From sequence record PX418213.1: a DNA stretch of 64,000 nucleotides; one strand, 5' to 3'. The number at the start of each line of letters is the position of its first letter. Position 1 is the first letter of the stretch. Source of the stretch: a phage. Shown piece after piece: positions 53,235 through 62,800 of this stretch. The notes beneath the pieces are model-generated. The model was not told the DNA's origin, did no database searches, and saw only the letters and a list, made by a program, of their open reading frames with translations. Both the position numbers and the translations under genes were made by a program.

Positions 53235-55109
53235 ATGAATCGCAATGAAGAACTAAAGTATAAAGAAATGCAGGCGTTAATTAGAAACTGCAAAGAGATT
53301 ATCGAAGGGTCAGCAGATGAAGAGCTGCTGTTTAATAATGCCAATAAACCCTCAGAACGTTTCCCTACACAAAGGGATATGCTTGCAGGTGAATTGAGTA
53401 AGTATCTAATTCTAGAAGAAATGCCAATTCAGATTCGAAATGCTCATATGATTGGGGATATTCATTTCCATGATGCCGATTATGCTGCATTAGGCATGAC
53501 TAACTGTTGTCTGGTAGCTCTGGAAGATATGTTGAAGAATGGTATGAAGGTTGGTAATGCTGAAATTAGCACTCCAAACTCTATCACTACTGCGGCGGCT
53601 ATTACTGCTCAGATTATCACTCAGGTTAGCTCCCATCAGTATGGTGGTACTTCTGTAGATCGCCTTGATGAAGTATTAGCCCCTTATGTTCGTAAATCCT
53701 ATGATAAAAATCATGCGTTTGCAAAACGTTGGACTAAGGATGAAGCCAAAGCATCCGTAATGGCTACGGAGATGACTGAAAAAGAAGTCTATGACGCTTG
53801 TCAGGGTTTAGAATATGAAATCAATACCATGTTCAACTCTAATGGTCAGAGTCCATTTATTACCTTTGGTTTTGGTCTAGGAACTTCTTGGGAAGCACGT
53901 CTAGTACAGAAAGCAATACTGAAAGTACGCATGGATGGTTTAGGTATCAATAAACGTACAGCTATCTTCCCGAAACTGGTATTTGTACTTCGTGATGGTG
54001 TTAACATGAAACCAGGAGATGTTAATTATGACATCAAGAAGTTAGCTATGAAATGTACTGCTGAACGTATGTATCCAGATTATATTAGCTATGACAAGGT
54101 TGTAGAAGTTACTGGAGACTATAAAGTTTCTATGGGCTGCCGTTCATTCCTAGCTGCTACAGAAGATGGTGAAACTGCCGGTCGTAATAACTTAGGTGTT
54201 GTTTCTGTAAACTTGCCTAGAATTGCTATCGAAGCTGAAGGAAATATTGACCTATTCTTTGATTTGCTTGAGCTACGTGTGGATACAGCATTAAAAGCGT
54301 TGGAGTGGAGAGTTGATCGCTTAAAATACATTCAAGCTAAAGCTGCACCCATCCTCTATATGTCAGGAGCCTTTGGGTTACGCTTGGGGCCTGATGAATA
54401 TGTATTCGATCATTTCTATAACCGTGCTTCTGTATCTCTAGGGTATATTGGCTGCCATGAAATGCTACAGTTCATGTTTGGCAAAGATGTAGACACAATG
54501 TCCGAGACCTGCATCAAGTTTGTTCAGCGTGTATTGCAGTACATGCGAGATAGAGTCGATCAGAAGAAGGAAGAGACTAAGTTAGGTTATAGCCTGTATG
54601 CTACACCGTCAGAGTCCCTATGCGATCGTTTTTGTCGTCTAGACCGTGAGTATTTCCCGGAGCATGAAGATATTCTGTCCAAAGGATACTACACTAACTC
54701 TCACCACCTTGATGTGGAACGTAAAGTTGCTCCCAATGTGAAATTTGATTATGAATCTAACTTTACGCCTATTGCCTCTGGTGGGTGTATTTCCTATGTA
54801 GAACTACCGGATATGAAACGATTCCCAGATGCGCTGGAATGGGTTATTAATTATGCTGCTAGTAAGGTTCATTACTTCGGTATTAATACTCCAGTGGATT
54901 CTTGTGGTAAATGTGGATTCTTAGGTGAAACAATAGCATCCGAAGATGGATTTAAGTGCCCTATCTGTGGTAATCATGACCCCGAAACTCTTGAAGTAAC
55001 TCGTCGAGTTTGTGGGTATCTTGGAAATCCGGGTGCTCGTCCATTTAACCCTGGCAAACAGCACGAGGTTATGGGCAGAGTGAAGCATCAGGATATTCGA
55101 GCTAAATAA
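53235..55109 (+). CDS. nrdD: anaerobic ribonucleoside-triphosphate reductase (class III)
   Basis: 624 aa; C-terminal Zn ribbon (CGKCG...CPICG) and glycyl-radical motif RVCGYLG. Confidence 0.85.
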   Translation: MNRNEELKYKEMQALIRNCKEIIEGSADEELLFNNANKPSERFPTQRDMLAGELSKYLILEEMPIQIRNAHMIGDIHFHDADYAALGMTNCCLVALEDMLKNGMKVGNAEISTPNSITTAAAITAQIITQVSSHQYGGTSVDRLDEVLAPYVRKSYDKNHAFAKRWTKDEAKASVMATEMTEKEVYDACQGLEYEINTMFNSNGQSPFITFGFGLGTSWEARLVQKAILKVRMDGLGINKRTAIFPKLVFVLRDGVNMKPGDVNYDIKKLAMKCTAERMYPDYISYDKVVEVTGDYKVSMGCRSFLAATEDGETAGRNNLGVVSVNLPRIAIEAEGNIDLFFDLLELRVDTALKALEWRVDRLKYIQAKAAPILYMSGAFGLRLGPDEYVFDHFYNRASVSLGYIGCHEMLQFMFGKDVDTMSETCIKFVQRVLQYMRDRVDQKKEETKLGYSLYATPSESLCDRFCRLDREYFPEHEDILSKGYYTNSHHLDVERKVAPNVKFDYESNFTPIASGGCISYVELPDMKRFPDALEWVINYAASKVHYFGINTPVDSCGKCGFLGETIASEDGFKCPICGNHDPETLEVTRRVCGYLGNPGARPFNPGKQHEVMGRVKHQDIRAK

Positions 55110-55151
55110 GCTAATCAGCCGGGTTGCTAGTCGACCTGGCTTTTATTTTAT

Positions 55152-55180
55152 TTGCTTTCAGCCAAAAATTTATATATAAT
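55152..55180 (+). promoter_or_regulatory. sigma70-type promoter
   Basis: TTGCTT, 17-bp spacer, TATAAT; near-duplicate of cassette at 62772-62800. Confidence 0.6.
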
Positions 55181-55208
55181 AGATTTATAAATTTGAGAGG
55201 AGAAAGAT

Positions 55209-55589
55209 ATGGAATTAAAGCCCTATATAGTTGAATCTACATGTGGTGGTTTCCATCTGGGTGTGGATGATATTGCTGAGGCTGTCTTTGCTGCCACAGG
55301 TGATTACTCGCACATAGAGGGTGTTGCATACCCTACCATTATTGGCGATTGGGTAGGAACAAATCTAGATGTATCTCCTTATAACCCATATTGCTTGTTT
55401 GATGAAGACAGAGATGAAGTAAAATGTAATCTTGAATTTGTGTATAATAGAGTGTTAAAAGTATACCAACGTAGCCCCAATGGGTACGAAGATATTACTT
55501 GGAGCATTAAACAGTATCTTAAAGATATATACTCTAGTTTTTCTGACGAAGACCTAGAAACAGTTGCAGTGGAGTTTAATAATGACTAA
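55209..55589 (+). CDS. hypothetical protein
   Basis: 126-aa ORF with GAGGAGAAAG RBS. Confidence 0.5.
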   Translation: MELKPYIVESTCGGFHLGVDDIAEAVFAATGDYSHIEGVAYPTIIGDWVGTNLDVSPYNPYCLFDEDRDEVKCNLEFVYNRVLKVYQRSPNGYEDITWSIKQYLKDIYSSFSDEDLETVAVEFNND

Positions 55590-55788
55590 GAATGTGAAAC
55601 ACCTTAAATATCGCTTAATTTACAATGGACGTATGGAAACAGAAGACCTAGCCCAATTAGCTATTAATTCTAATGAGGTTACAGTGCGTGCGCTGGCAAT
55701 TGAAAAGTTGCGTGCCTCTTATGAAAATCGTGTTATGGAACTAGAGGAGAAACTTTATGGCATTCTCGAAGCCGATGCTACCAGATAA
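55564..55788 (+). CDS. hypothetical protein
   Basis: 74-aa ORF. Confidence 0.45.
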   Translation: MQWSLIMTKNVKHLKYRLIYNGRMETEDLAQLAINSNEVTVRALAIEKLRASYENRVMELEEKLYGILEADATR

Positions 55789-55978
55789 TGGTTTAAATGC
55801 CGCTTTGGAAAATGCATTAATGCAGCAGTGGGAAACTGGCTATAAGGATGGTGTTGAATCCTGTGCTACTATGCTAGAAGTTATTGCTAATACCTTAATG
55901 GAGAAAGGCAATAAAGAATTAGCTGAGCTATTAGACAGTATTGGGCAAAACTTCAGAGAACAGGTGAAAAATGCGTAG
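55757..55978 (+). CDS. hypothetical protein
   Basis: 73-aa ORF. Confidence 0.45.
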   Translation: MAFSKPMLPDNGLNAALENALMQQWETGYKDGVESCATMLEVIANTLMEKGNKELAELLDSIGQNFREQVKNA

Positions 55979-56789
55979 ATTAATTATTATTAGCGGTGCA
56001 GGTTTGAGTGTTGAAAGTGGTGTACGAGCTTTTCGTACTGATACTACTAGTGGTAAAGCACTGTGGGATGACTATGATCTAGAAGAAGTATGTAATATTC
56101 ATGCCTTTCGTGGTAATTTTTATCATAAAACCCATATGTTTTACAACAAGCGTCGTGAAGAGCTAAAAACTGTTGAACCCAATCTTGCGCATTTGCGTAT
56201 TGGTGAATGGTATAAACAATATCCAGGTCAAGTAGTAAACTTGACTACCAACGTTGATGACCTTATTGAGCGTGCTGGAGTTCCACATAGTGACATTCTG
56301 CACATTCACGGATATTTAAAAGAGGTTGTTGTAGCTGATAGCTACAATAGTAGCAATAAACGGATTATTGATGTAGGATACAATTCTGTTGATCCAGATG
56401 ATTATAAATGGGTTAAACCTAATGTAATCTTCTTTGGAGAGCATGCTCCTGCATACGCAGAAATGTATAATGTTTTTGATGGTATTACCAGTCAAGATAT
56501 GATCATTGTGGTTGGTTGCTCTAACCAAGTAATTAACTTCTACTGGGAATTATTTCCTGTTCTTAATTTGACTGCTGCGAAACTTATGGTTGTTAACTAT
56601 TATGATAGTGCCCTAGCGGCGGAACCGGGCTATCAAGGTATGACTCGTAGTGAGATGTACCAGCTGGAAGAACGTGGTATCCCTTACTGGAGTAAAGGTG
56701 CAGTAGATGCTTTCAGTGATCCTGATTTTATTGCTCGTGTAGAAGCTCATTTAGAGGGTAGACCTTATGTGTCGAGAAGCAAGAAATAA
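55971..56789 (+). CDS. Sir2-family NAD-binding protein lacking Zn-ribbon cysteines
   Basis: 272 aa; ISGAGLSVESGVRAFR, PNLAHLRIGEW, TTNVDDLIERAG, HIHGYL, KPNVIFFGE match Sir2/CobB blocks; no CxxC pairs. Confidence 0.7.
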   Translation: MRRLIIISGAGLSVESGVRAFRTDTTSGKALWDDYDLEEVCNIHAFRGNFYHKTHMFYNKRREELKTVEPNLAHLRIGEWYKQYPGQVVNLTTNVDDLIERAGVPHSDILHIHGYLKEVVVADSYNSSNKRIIDVGYNSVDPDDYKWVKPNVIFFGEHAPAYAEMYNVFDGITSQDMIIVVGCSNQVINFYWELFPVLNLTAAKLMVVNYYDSALAAEPGYQGMTRSEMYQLEERGIPYWSKGAVDAFSDPDFIARVEAHLEGRPYVSRSKK

Positions 56790-56964
56790 TGAATGGGATA
56801 TTTTTATAACTGAGTCTGGCACTTGGTGTTATAGGTTTGCCTACAGGTTTGCCTACAGGTTTCCTAGTGTAAGAAAACGGTTGGGATACGCATATAAAAT
56901 TATCTATACTATGGATAATATATGGTTATCCTCTGGAGATGAGGAGAAACAGGTATGTCCATAG
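56767..56964 (+). CDS. hypothetical protein
   Basis: 65-aa ORF. Confidence 0.35.
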   Translation: MCREARNNEWDIFITESGTWCYRFAYRFAYRFPSVRKRLGYAYKIIYTMDNIWLSSGDEEKQVCP

Positions 56965-57137
56965 TTAAATCTGTGTATACACATCCAGATGATATATTTG
57001 TATGGGCGGATGGTAGTTGGTGCTATCGCTGTGAGCTGTGGGAAATGGATTATAAATCCGATGACTATGGTGTTATATATGTTGATACGGTTGAGTATGA
57101 TACGTTCTTAGAAAGGAACAGAAATGGAAATAAGTAA
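56955..57137 (+). CDS. hypothetical protein
   Basis: 60-aa ORF. Confidence 0.4.
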   Translation: MSIVKSVYTHPDDIFVWADGSWCYRCELWEMDYKSDDYGVIYVDTVEYDTFLERNRNGNK

Positions 57138-57630
57138 TACTCCAATTATTTTTCTAGACATTGATGGGGTGCTCAATTCGAGCATCTCCCACCATCATGC
57201 ACCTGACGATGAGAAGATTTTCTTTGGAAGTGATTGGGTTTTCAAACCGCTTCTCAAGGCTTTTCAGGACTTTATTCGTCCTTCTCCAATAATGATTGTT
57301 GGAGTATCATCTTGGTTCTCTGTCAGAAATGAGATGGAGAACGTTCGGATTATGACCGGATTAGGTCTTATCGATCGTTTTCTTGGTACAACGGATTTTA
57401 CTGGTGGTGGATTATCTAGGGGTAATTCTGTTCTTCGTTTCGTCGAAAAGCATAAGCTCAAACATTGGTGTGTACTTGATGATGCGGGTGCTATGATGTA
57501 TCAGTATCCAACGGTTATAGTCAACGGTAGAACTGGGATAAATCTTCAAGATTTAAAAGCTGTTAGCTATATGCTAGAATTTAGCCCAGATCTTGAAATG
57601 TGTAAATCCTTACAACAATTTAAGGTGTAA
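57124..57630 (+). CDS. HAD-like hydrolase
   Basis: 168 aa; N-terminal IIFLDIDGVLN (DxDG) and downstream VLDDAG acidic motif. Confidence 0.55.
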   Translation: MEISNTPIIFLDIDGVLNSSISHHHAPDDEKIFFGSDWVFKPLLKAFQDFIRPSPIMIVGVSSWFSVRNEMENVRIMTGLGLIDRFLGTTDFTGGGLSRGNSVLRFVEKHKLKHWCVLDDAGAMMYQYPTVIVNGRTGINLQDLKAVSYMLEFSPDLEMCKSLQQFKV

Positions 57631-57632
57631 AT

Positions 57633-58061
57633 ATGTTCAATAATGTATTCTCTAAAGAAGCTAACCCAATTTTGGTTAACTTTTGGCGTACTCTCCCGGC
57701 TAGCCTGTATAATGAGGCTATTAACTCCTTGAAAATATGGTGTGAGAATAATGAAATCTCCTTTGCTTTTAAAGATGATATTGATGAGGGCCCCTGTATT
57801 GGTTTAACTGTGCAGGTAGAGGATGGTCTTGAAGAGATTGTCGGCTGGAAAGAGTTGGATGAAATGGGCTTAGTTTTTGCGTTAAACTATAAGCTGTTTA
57901 TGCCTAACAAACACCGTATTGCTATTAATTATAAAACCGGTGAATCTCCTGGTTTTCAGGTTAATGAACGTTATGGTTGGTCTTACTCACCAGAAGAAGT
58001 AAATGAGGGGATTCAGAAACTTCGACGTTTCGGGTATATAATCCCAGGTTTAACTGCTTAA
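57633..58061 (+). CDS. hypothetical protein, paralog A
   Basis: 142 aa; shares PCIG, MGL..ALN and IPGL/VPGL blocks with next gene. Confidence 0.5.
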   Translation: MFNNVFSKEANPILVNFWRTLPASLYNEAINSLKIWCENNEISFAFKDDIDEGPCIGLTVQVEDGLEEIVGWKELDEMGLVFALNYKLFMPNKHRIAINYKTGESPGFQVNERYGWSYSPEEVNEGIQKLRRFGYIIPGLTA

Positions 58062-58070
58062 GGAGGCAGA

Positions 58071-58463
58071 ATGGAACAAGTATATTGGCGTCAGATTGAC
58101 CCTAGTTTGGTGAAACGTGCGGAGAAGCTGCTACAACGTTGGTTGGGGGTAAGACAAGCCTCCTTCACTTTTCCGGAACAGCAAATAGATGACCCCTGCA
58201 TTGGTGTTTTCCTGTCTGGATATGCCGGGGAATGGGAATTGGATTGGAATGAATTGTCTGCTATGGGCTTGATTGTTGCCCTAAACTTCTCTATATTCCA
58301 TCCACGTGGTTTGGCCATATGTCGTGTGCCTGATGACGGTTGTTCGCCCCATCTTTTACAGGTGGAAGATGATATTTGGGAGTACACTCCAGATATTCTC
58401 AAAGAGGCTAAAGAACAATTAAACCGTGTTGGGATATATGTTCCGGGATTAAATGATGAATAA
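58071..58463 (+). CDS. hypothetical protein, paralog B
   Basis: 130 aa; same motif blocks as 57633-58061. Confidence 0.5.
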   Translation: MEQVYWRQIDPSLVKRAEKLLQRWLGVRQASFTFPEQQIDDPCIGVFLSGYAGEWELDWNELSAMGLIVALNFSIFHPRGLAICRVPDDGCSPHLLQVEDDIWEYTPDILKEAKEQLNRVGIYVPGLNDE

Positions 58464-58650
58464 GGAATTTTGGAAAATAAAAGGTAAGATTTCTAAGTGG
58501 AATACTACAGGGAAAATTAGTAAGTCTCTAGAGATAGAGATAGCTAGAATGTTTACTGATCCTGATTTTGATATAGGAAAGCTAAGTAAAGTAGATGCTA
58601 AAAAAGTAGATAAGTATATGGAAGAGATTAGAAGTATTTTAAGTGTCTAA
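58453..58650 (+). CDS. hypothetical protein
   Basis: 65-aa ORF. Confidence 0.4.
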   Translation: MMNKEFWKIKGKISKWNTTGKISKSLEIEIARMFTDPDFDIGKLSKVDAKKVDKYMEEIRSILSV

Positions 58651-58657
58651 TCCACAT

Positions 58658-58684
58658 AACCGAGTCATTTTGGCTCGGTTTTAC
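58658..58684 (+). terminator. rho-independent terminator
   Basis: AACCGAG...CTCGGTT hairpin followed by TT. Confidence 0.5.
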
Positions 58685-58726
58685 CCGTACTCAAGACCAA
58701 TGATAGCACCATCCGGAAAATTTTAC

Positions 58727-58755
58727 TTGCAGGATGCCCAAAATCTTGATATAAT
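58727..58755 (+). promoter_or_regulatory. sigma70-type promoter
   Basis: TTGCAG, 17-bp spacer, TATAAT. Confidence 0.5.
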
Positions 58756-58764
58756 ATTTATATT

Positions 58765-59250
58765 GAATTGAGAGACATTAGTAAAAATTGATTTTGCTAA
58801 TTTTTCTTGTTTACAATCCGCGATACGGAACAGTTAGGCTGCCCCATTAAGGGTTGTTTTAACTGTTACGTGTTAGTTTTTAAACAAATAATTAATAGAA
58901 TACTTAGCGATCTACATCCCGTAGGAACCCTGGTAAGGCCTCGAAGCAACCTAGTGTGAGGTGGTTGTGAAGTGAGACGGGAAGAGTGAAAAACTCTGAG
59001 AAGTGATGACGTAAGGTATACTACATCTAGTATGAGCTAGTACATGAAGCATTAGGTGAGCAAATCTGGCTTAGCGGCCATCCTCAAGGATTTGTGCGGT
59101 ATAGTGAAGCGGCAGTGTAGCGTGAAAGGGGAAGTTGCCACCCCCCTTCAGTATTTGCGATTAATTTGTTGAGAAATTGACAGTAACAGTTGTTCTATTC
59201 TTTCTGAATAGTCCTAAAGAAAACTTATTTCATTTCCAACACAGGAGTAT
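58765..59250 (+). ncRNA. candidate purine-rich non-coding RNA / long leader
   Basis: no ORF; downstream of promoter; recurring GTGA(A/G)G units; GGGG..CCCC hairpin near 59128-59148. Confidence 0.3.
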
Positions 59251-59254
59251 TGTT

Positions 59255-62041
59255 GTGTTCTCAATCCTACAAGGTCATGCAGGATTTCATCGCGATTTAG
59301 CCACAGGCAATTGGCGAGAAGTTAAAGCAGAAGACTATCTTTTTGCTAAAAGATTTTCCTCAAAGCATCCTGAAGGTAAACCAGCTTCAATGCCCTTCAA
59401 GTTTGATGTAATTGATGAAGTTGATCCTCAAACCCTAGTAGAAATGCTTCCTCTTATGAGACGTTTAACGTCTGACCCTCATATCGTTGCGGTACGAGGT
59501 CGATGTCTTGCACCTAAAAATAATGTGCGACGTAAGAAGGGCAACTTTAATATATCTAACCCAAGTCATATAATTGCAATGGACGTGGATGGTATTGTAG
59601 ATACAGGTGGTTGTAACAAGTTTGATCTTGTTGGCATGGCTCGACATATTATTAGAATGTTAAATAGTATTAGTGAGGATATGTTTCCTCTTGATGCAGG
59701 GTTTATTGCTCATGCATCGTCTTCGGCTGGACTAAAACCAGGTATCCGAATGCACTTAATACTAGAATCTAATGTTAAAGTAACTCAGGGTCAAATCAAA
59801 TTCTTATTTACATCTATCAACGAAAGTAGTAGACAAAAGTATGGCTTTGATATTGCCGACTTAGCCTATTACTCTTCCGTACAGCTCCATTACTTTGCAG
59901 ATCCGTTATTTATCGATGGTATAGTAGATCCGTTTAAAGCGGAGGGTGCTTCACGTCTGGTATTTGTTAAGGGTTCTAAAGTAAATTTACCCAATAATCT
60001 GGTTGACTATGAAACAACTAGGGGTGAGTTTAAAGAGGAGTTTTACTCTTTACTCGATCAAATTAAAGGTAAAAAAGCTGCCTCTGATAAAGTAGAGGAA
60101 ACTATCAGCGAACTAGAAGAAGCTGAGGATGGAGTGTATCTACGTATCATACCTAAACTCTATCACAGAGCTTTAGAGGATGGTGTTGACTTTGCATGGC
60201 TAGAAAAAGAAATCCGTCCAGCCTTATCAGAGTATATTGCAACTAAAGATAATAGTCGTAATATTCAAGATTACTTTAATAACGGTCGTAAACAGGCTCT
60301 GAAAGCATTTGTTAATAATTCTAAACGTGATATACCGGATGTTTTAAAAGGTATTCCACTTAAAAAACTAGAAACTAATTCTCTAGAAACTGATAACTTC
60401 TTGAAATTAAATACTGTACCACCAGAAGGTTATATGACTTTTGTAAAAGCAAGTCTAGGTACAGGTAAAACTACAGCGGTTGTGCGTTGGTTAGACTCAG
60501 GAGTTATTAAAGGTAATTTCTTAGCAATTACCAATACTAGAGCGCTAGTATCTTCAAATGCTAAGAAATTTAGTGCAGGACAATATGATAAGTCTGTAGA
60601 TATGCTTAATTTTAAGCGTGGTGCTATTGACCGTATGTCCACAACTATTCACTCTTTGCATAAGTTCAAGAGTTTTATTGGTCAAATTGATGCAATCTTT
60701 ATCGATGAATGTGATGCTGTAATGAATGACCTATTATTCGCCCCGGTTGTTAAACAACGTCGTGAATGTATTCAGGTTCTTCGAGACATTCTTGCAACTG
60801 CAAAAATCATTATATTATCTGATGGGGATATTAGTGCAGAAACAATTGAAGCATATGGTTCTTTGATTGAGTTTGATAAACCGGTTGCATTTTATAATCA
60901 TCACCGTAAAATGCTATCAAAAGCTCATGCTTATGAGTTCCCGGATGAATCCAGTATTTGGGTTGCACTTCAGACTTCTCTAGAGATGGGTGAGAAATCT
61001 ATCCTAGTATCTGACTGTGGGCCGGATGAACTGAATGAGAAGGGCATGGCATTACGTCGTAATACGGGTGCGTTAGTTAAGGAAATCCACTCAAACTCTA
61101 CGTCTGATGTAGATATTCGACGTATTCTGGATTACACAACTAATGAGCTAATTGATCAACAAATTGATTGCTTATTATGTAGTCCATCGGTAACAAGTGG
61201 TGTTGACTTTAACTACTTTGATAACGTATTCGTTATTACTAGAACCTCAAACCAAGCGCCAAACATGCGTTTCCAAGCAATCAGGCGCGACCGTGGTGCT
61301 CAGAACATTTATTATTTTATTGATAAATCTACGAGTGGGTTCTCCGCAGGTTCTGAGCAATATAACATTGATGAAGGTTGGCTGGAGTTAGCACAGCAAT
61401 TATACGCACGTCGCAGGGAGCTGGAATCTAGAAACTATACTAGTACTCTACGTTATTACTTGCTTGATCAGGGTGCAACTATTGATATTTTCAGTGAAAG
61501 CTGGGGAAATATCGAAGGTGCAGGAAAAGAGTATACGGAAGAGCGAATCAAAGCTATTTTGTATTCAACTCCTGATTATTGTGCTCCACGCCATGCAGAT
61601 GCGTATGAAGCTAAACTACTTCTTGTTCGCTATTACCATCTTGAGTCTATTAAAGATGTAACAGTTGAGCATGTTGAACAATATATCAAAGATAAACCGA
61701 ATGATCGAGCTGCATTCTTCCATAAGATGCACGAGATGTTCTGGGAAGATATTAAGAAGTGTTCAAATGTCACTATCAAACCCTTTATAGAAGCTCTGAA
61801 AGGTAAGAAGAAAGATTTCTTCCTTAAAACAGGTCAGAGTGCTAACCCAAAATATGCGAGAATGTATCTTGGTATGATGGGTATTGGCAAGGATATGAAC
61901 ACGGAGAATATTGTAGACTGGTACAGAACCTATTGTAAAATCGAGTGTATGCCAATCCCCCTAAAATTCATGACAGAGGAAGAGAAGGCCATGGCAGAAG
62001 AAGTAATGTCCGAACTTGGAGCAACCAATGAAGATACATAA
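59255..62041 (+). CDS. primase-polymerase / helicase-like fusion protein
   Basis: ORF called from TTG 59177; GTG 59255 behind AGGAG RBS preferred; N-terminal IIAMDVDG and IRMHLIL (AEP-like), C-terminal Walker A LGTGKTT and Walker B FIDECD. Confidence 0.55.
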   Translation: MFSILQGHAGFHRDLATGNWREVKAEDYLFAKRFSSKHPEGKPASMPFKFDVIDEVDPQTLVEMLPLMRRLTSDPHIVAVRGRCLAPKNNVRRKKGNFNISNPSHIIAMDVDGIVDTGGCNKFDLVGMARHIIRMLNSISEDMFPLDAGFIAHASSSAGLKPGIRMHLILESNVKVTQGQIKFLFTSINESSRQKYGFDIADLAYYSSVQLHYFADPLFIDGIVDPFKAEGASRLVFVKGSKVNLPNNLVDYETTRGEFKEEFYSLLDQIKGKKAASDKVEETISELEEAEDGVYLRIIPKLYHRALEDGVDFAWLEKEIRPALSEYIATKDNSRNIQDYFNNGRKQALKAFVNNSKRDIPDVLKGIPLKKLETNSLETDNFLKLNTVPPEGYMTFVKASLGTGKTTAVVRWLDSGVIKGNFLAITNTRALVSSNAKKFSAGQYDKSVDMLNFKRGAIDRMSTTIHSLHKFKSFIGQIDAIFIDECDAVMNDLLFAPVVKQRRECIQVLRDILATAKIIILSDGDISAETIEAYGSLIEFDKPVAFYNHHRKMLSKAHAYEFPDESSIWVALQTSLEMGEKSILVSDCGPDELNEKGMALRRNTGALVKEIHSNSTSDVDIRRILDYTTNELIDQQIDCLLCSPSVTSGVDFNYFDNVFVITRTSNQAPNMRFQAIRRDRGAQNIYYFIDKSTSGFSAGSEQYNIDEGWLELAQQLYARRRELESRNYTSTLRYYLLDQGATIDIFSESWGNIEGAGKEYTEERIKAILYSTPDYCAPRHADAYEAKLLLVRYYHLESIKDVTVEHVEQYIKDKPNDRAAFFHKMHEMFWEDIKKCSNVTIKPFIEALKGKKKDFFLKTGQSANPKYARMYLGMMGIGKDMNTENIVDWYRTYCKIECMPIPLKFMTEEEKAMAEEVMSELGATNEDT

Positions 62042-62546
62042 ACCAATGCCTCCTATGGCATTTATCCTGAAAAAGCTTAAGTATGATGAAAGTACTGGGG
62101 ACTTAATTTGGTTATCTGGCCCAAGGAAGGGAAGGGTAGCGGGCTCCAAAATGAAAACTGGGAGACAGTTAGAGTTTACTATAAAGGGAGAGCGGACAGC
62201 TTACTTAGCCCATAGAATAATCTGGTTTATAAAAACAGGCGAAGATCCTGGGGATAAAACTATCGACCACAAAGACGGGGATAACTTAAACAACTTGTGG
62301 GATAATTTACGTAAGGCTACCTACTCCGAAAATGGAAAGAATAAGAAGTGTTCTACTAATTCTACCGGATTCACTGGAGTTGTAAAACGAGGTAATAGGT
62401 ATATGGCCTACGCTTACTGTGATGGAAAGCAGCATATTTTTGGTAGACGAGATACCCCGGAAGAAGCCCATCAGCTATACCTTATGGGAGTTAAAGAACT
62501 GTTTGGTGAATTTAATCCCTCGGAGAGATATGACAGTGAAGAATAA
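62016..62546 (+). CDS. HNH homing endonuclease with AP2-like DNA-binding domain
   Basis: HNH core AHRIIWFIKTGEDPGDKTIDHKDGDNLNNLWDNL; AP2-like GFTGVVKRGNRYMAYAY; overlaps 3' end of upstream gene. Confidence 0.7.
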   Translation: MEQPMKIHKPMPPMAFILKKLKYDESTGDLIWLSGPRKGRVAGSKMKTGRQLEFTIKGERTAYLAHRIIWFIKTGEDPGDKTIDHKDGDNLNNLWDNLRKATYSENGKNKKCSTNSTGFTGVVKRGNRYMAYAYCDGKQHIFGRRDTPEEAHQLYLMGVKELFGEFNPSERYDSEE

Positions 62547-62771
62547 AAAATGGGAAACAAGGAAGTTCCCAGTAAAAGAACGTAAAGTTCCTGCTTACAA
62601 CACTTCGGAAAAGCTATGTAGGGTGGTTCCTGCTAGACTAGCTGGCATCCCTAACATATCCGAGTGGTTACTTAAACAACGGAAAACAAACGTGTCTCTT
62701 CGCATCGGCTTTGAGTTAGATAAAGTCTATGCTGAACTTGCTTCTTTGCTCAAGGAATCGTAAAAATTTAT

Positions 62772-62800
62772 TTGCTTTCAGGAAAATTTTTCTGTATAAT
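62772..62800 (+). promoter_or_regulatory. sigma70-type promoter (duplicate cassette)
   Basis: TTGCTT, 17-bp spacer, TATAAT. Confidence 0.6.

Noticed and set aside
59177-59254. TTG at 59177 as start of the 954-aa ORF
   Set aside because: No RBS there; GTG at 59255 follows an AGGAG RBS at correct spacing, so the first 26 codons are probably leader
37446-62149. Antisense or nested ORFs inside later genes (37446..37628, 38046..38555, 38141..38347, 39387..39578, 41064..41255, 41290..41547, 41723..41911, 44833..45096, 45215..45467, 47369..47608, 48381..48566, 49346..49715, 49970..50318, 50909..51199, 54119..54331, 56316..56528, 57264..57461, 58091..58402, 59465..59647, 60430..60642, 61197..61661, 61961..62149, 62419..63055)
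   Set aside because: Embedded in well-supported genes (poly-Q gene, SPFH, nrdA, nrdD, Sir2, primase-helicase and others) with no translation signals
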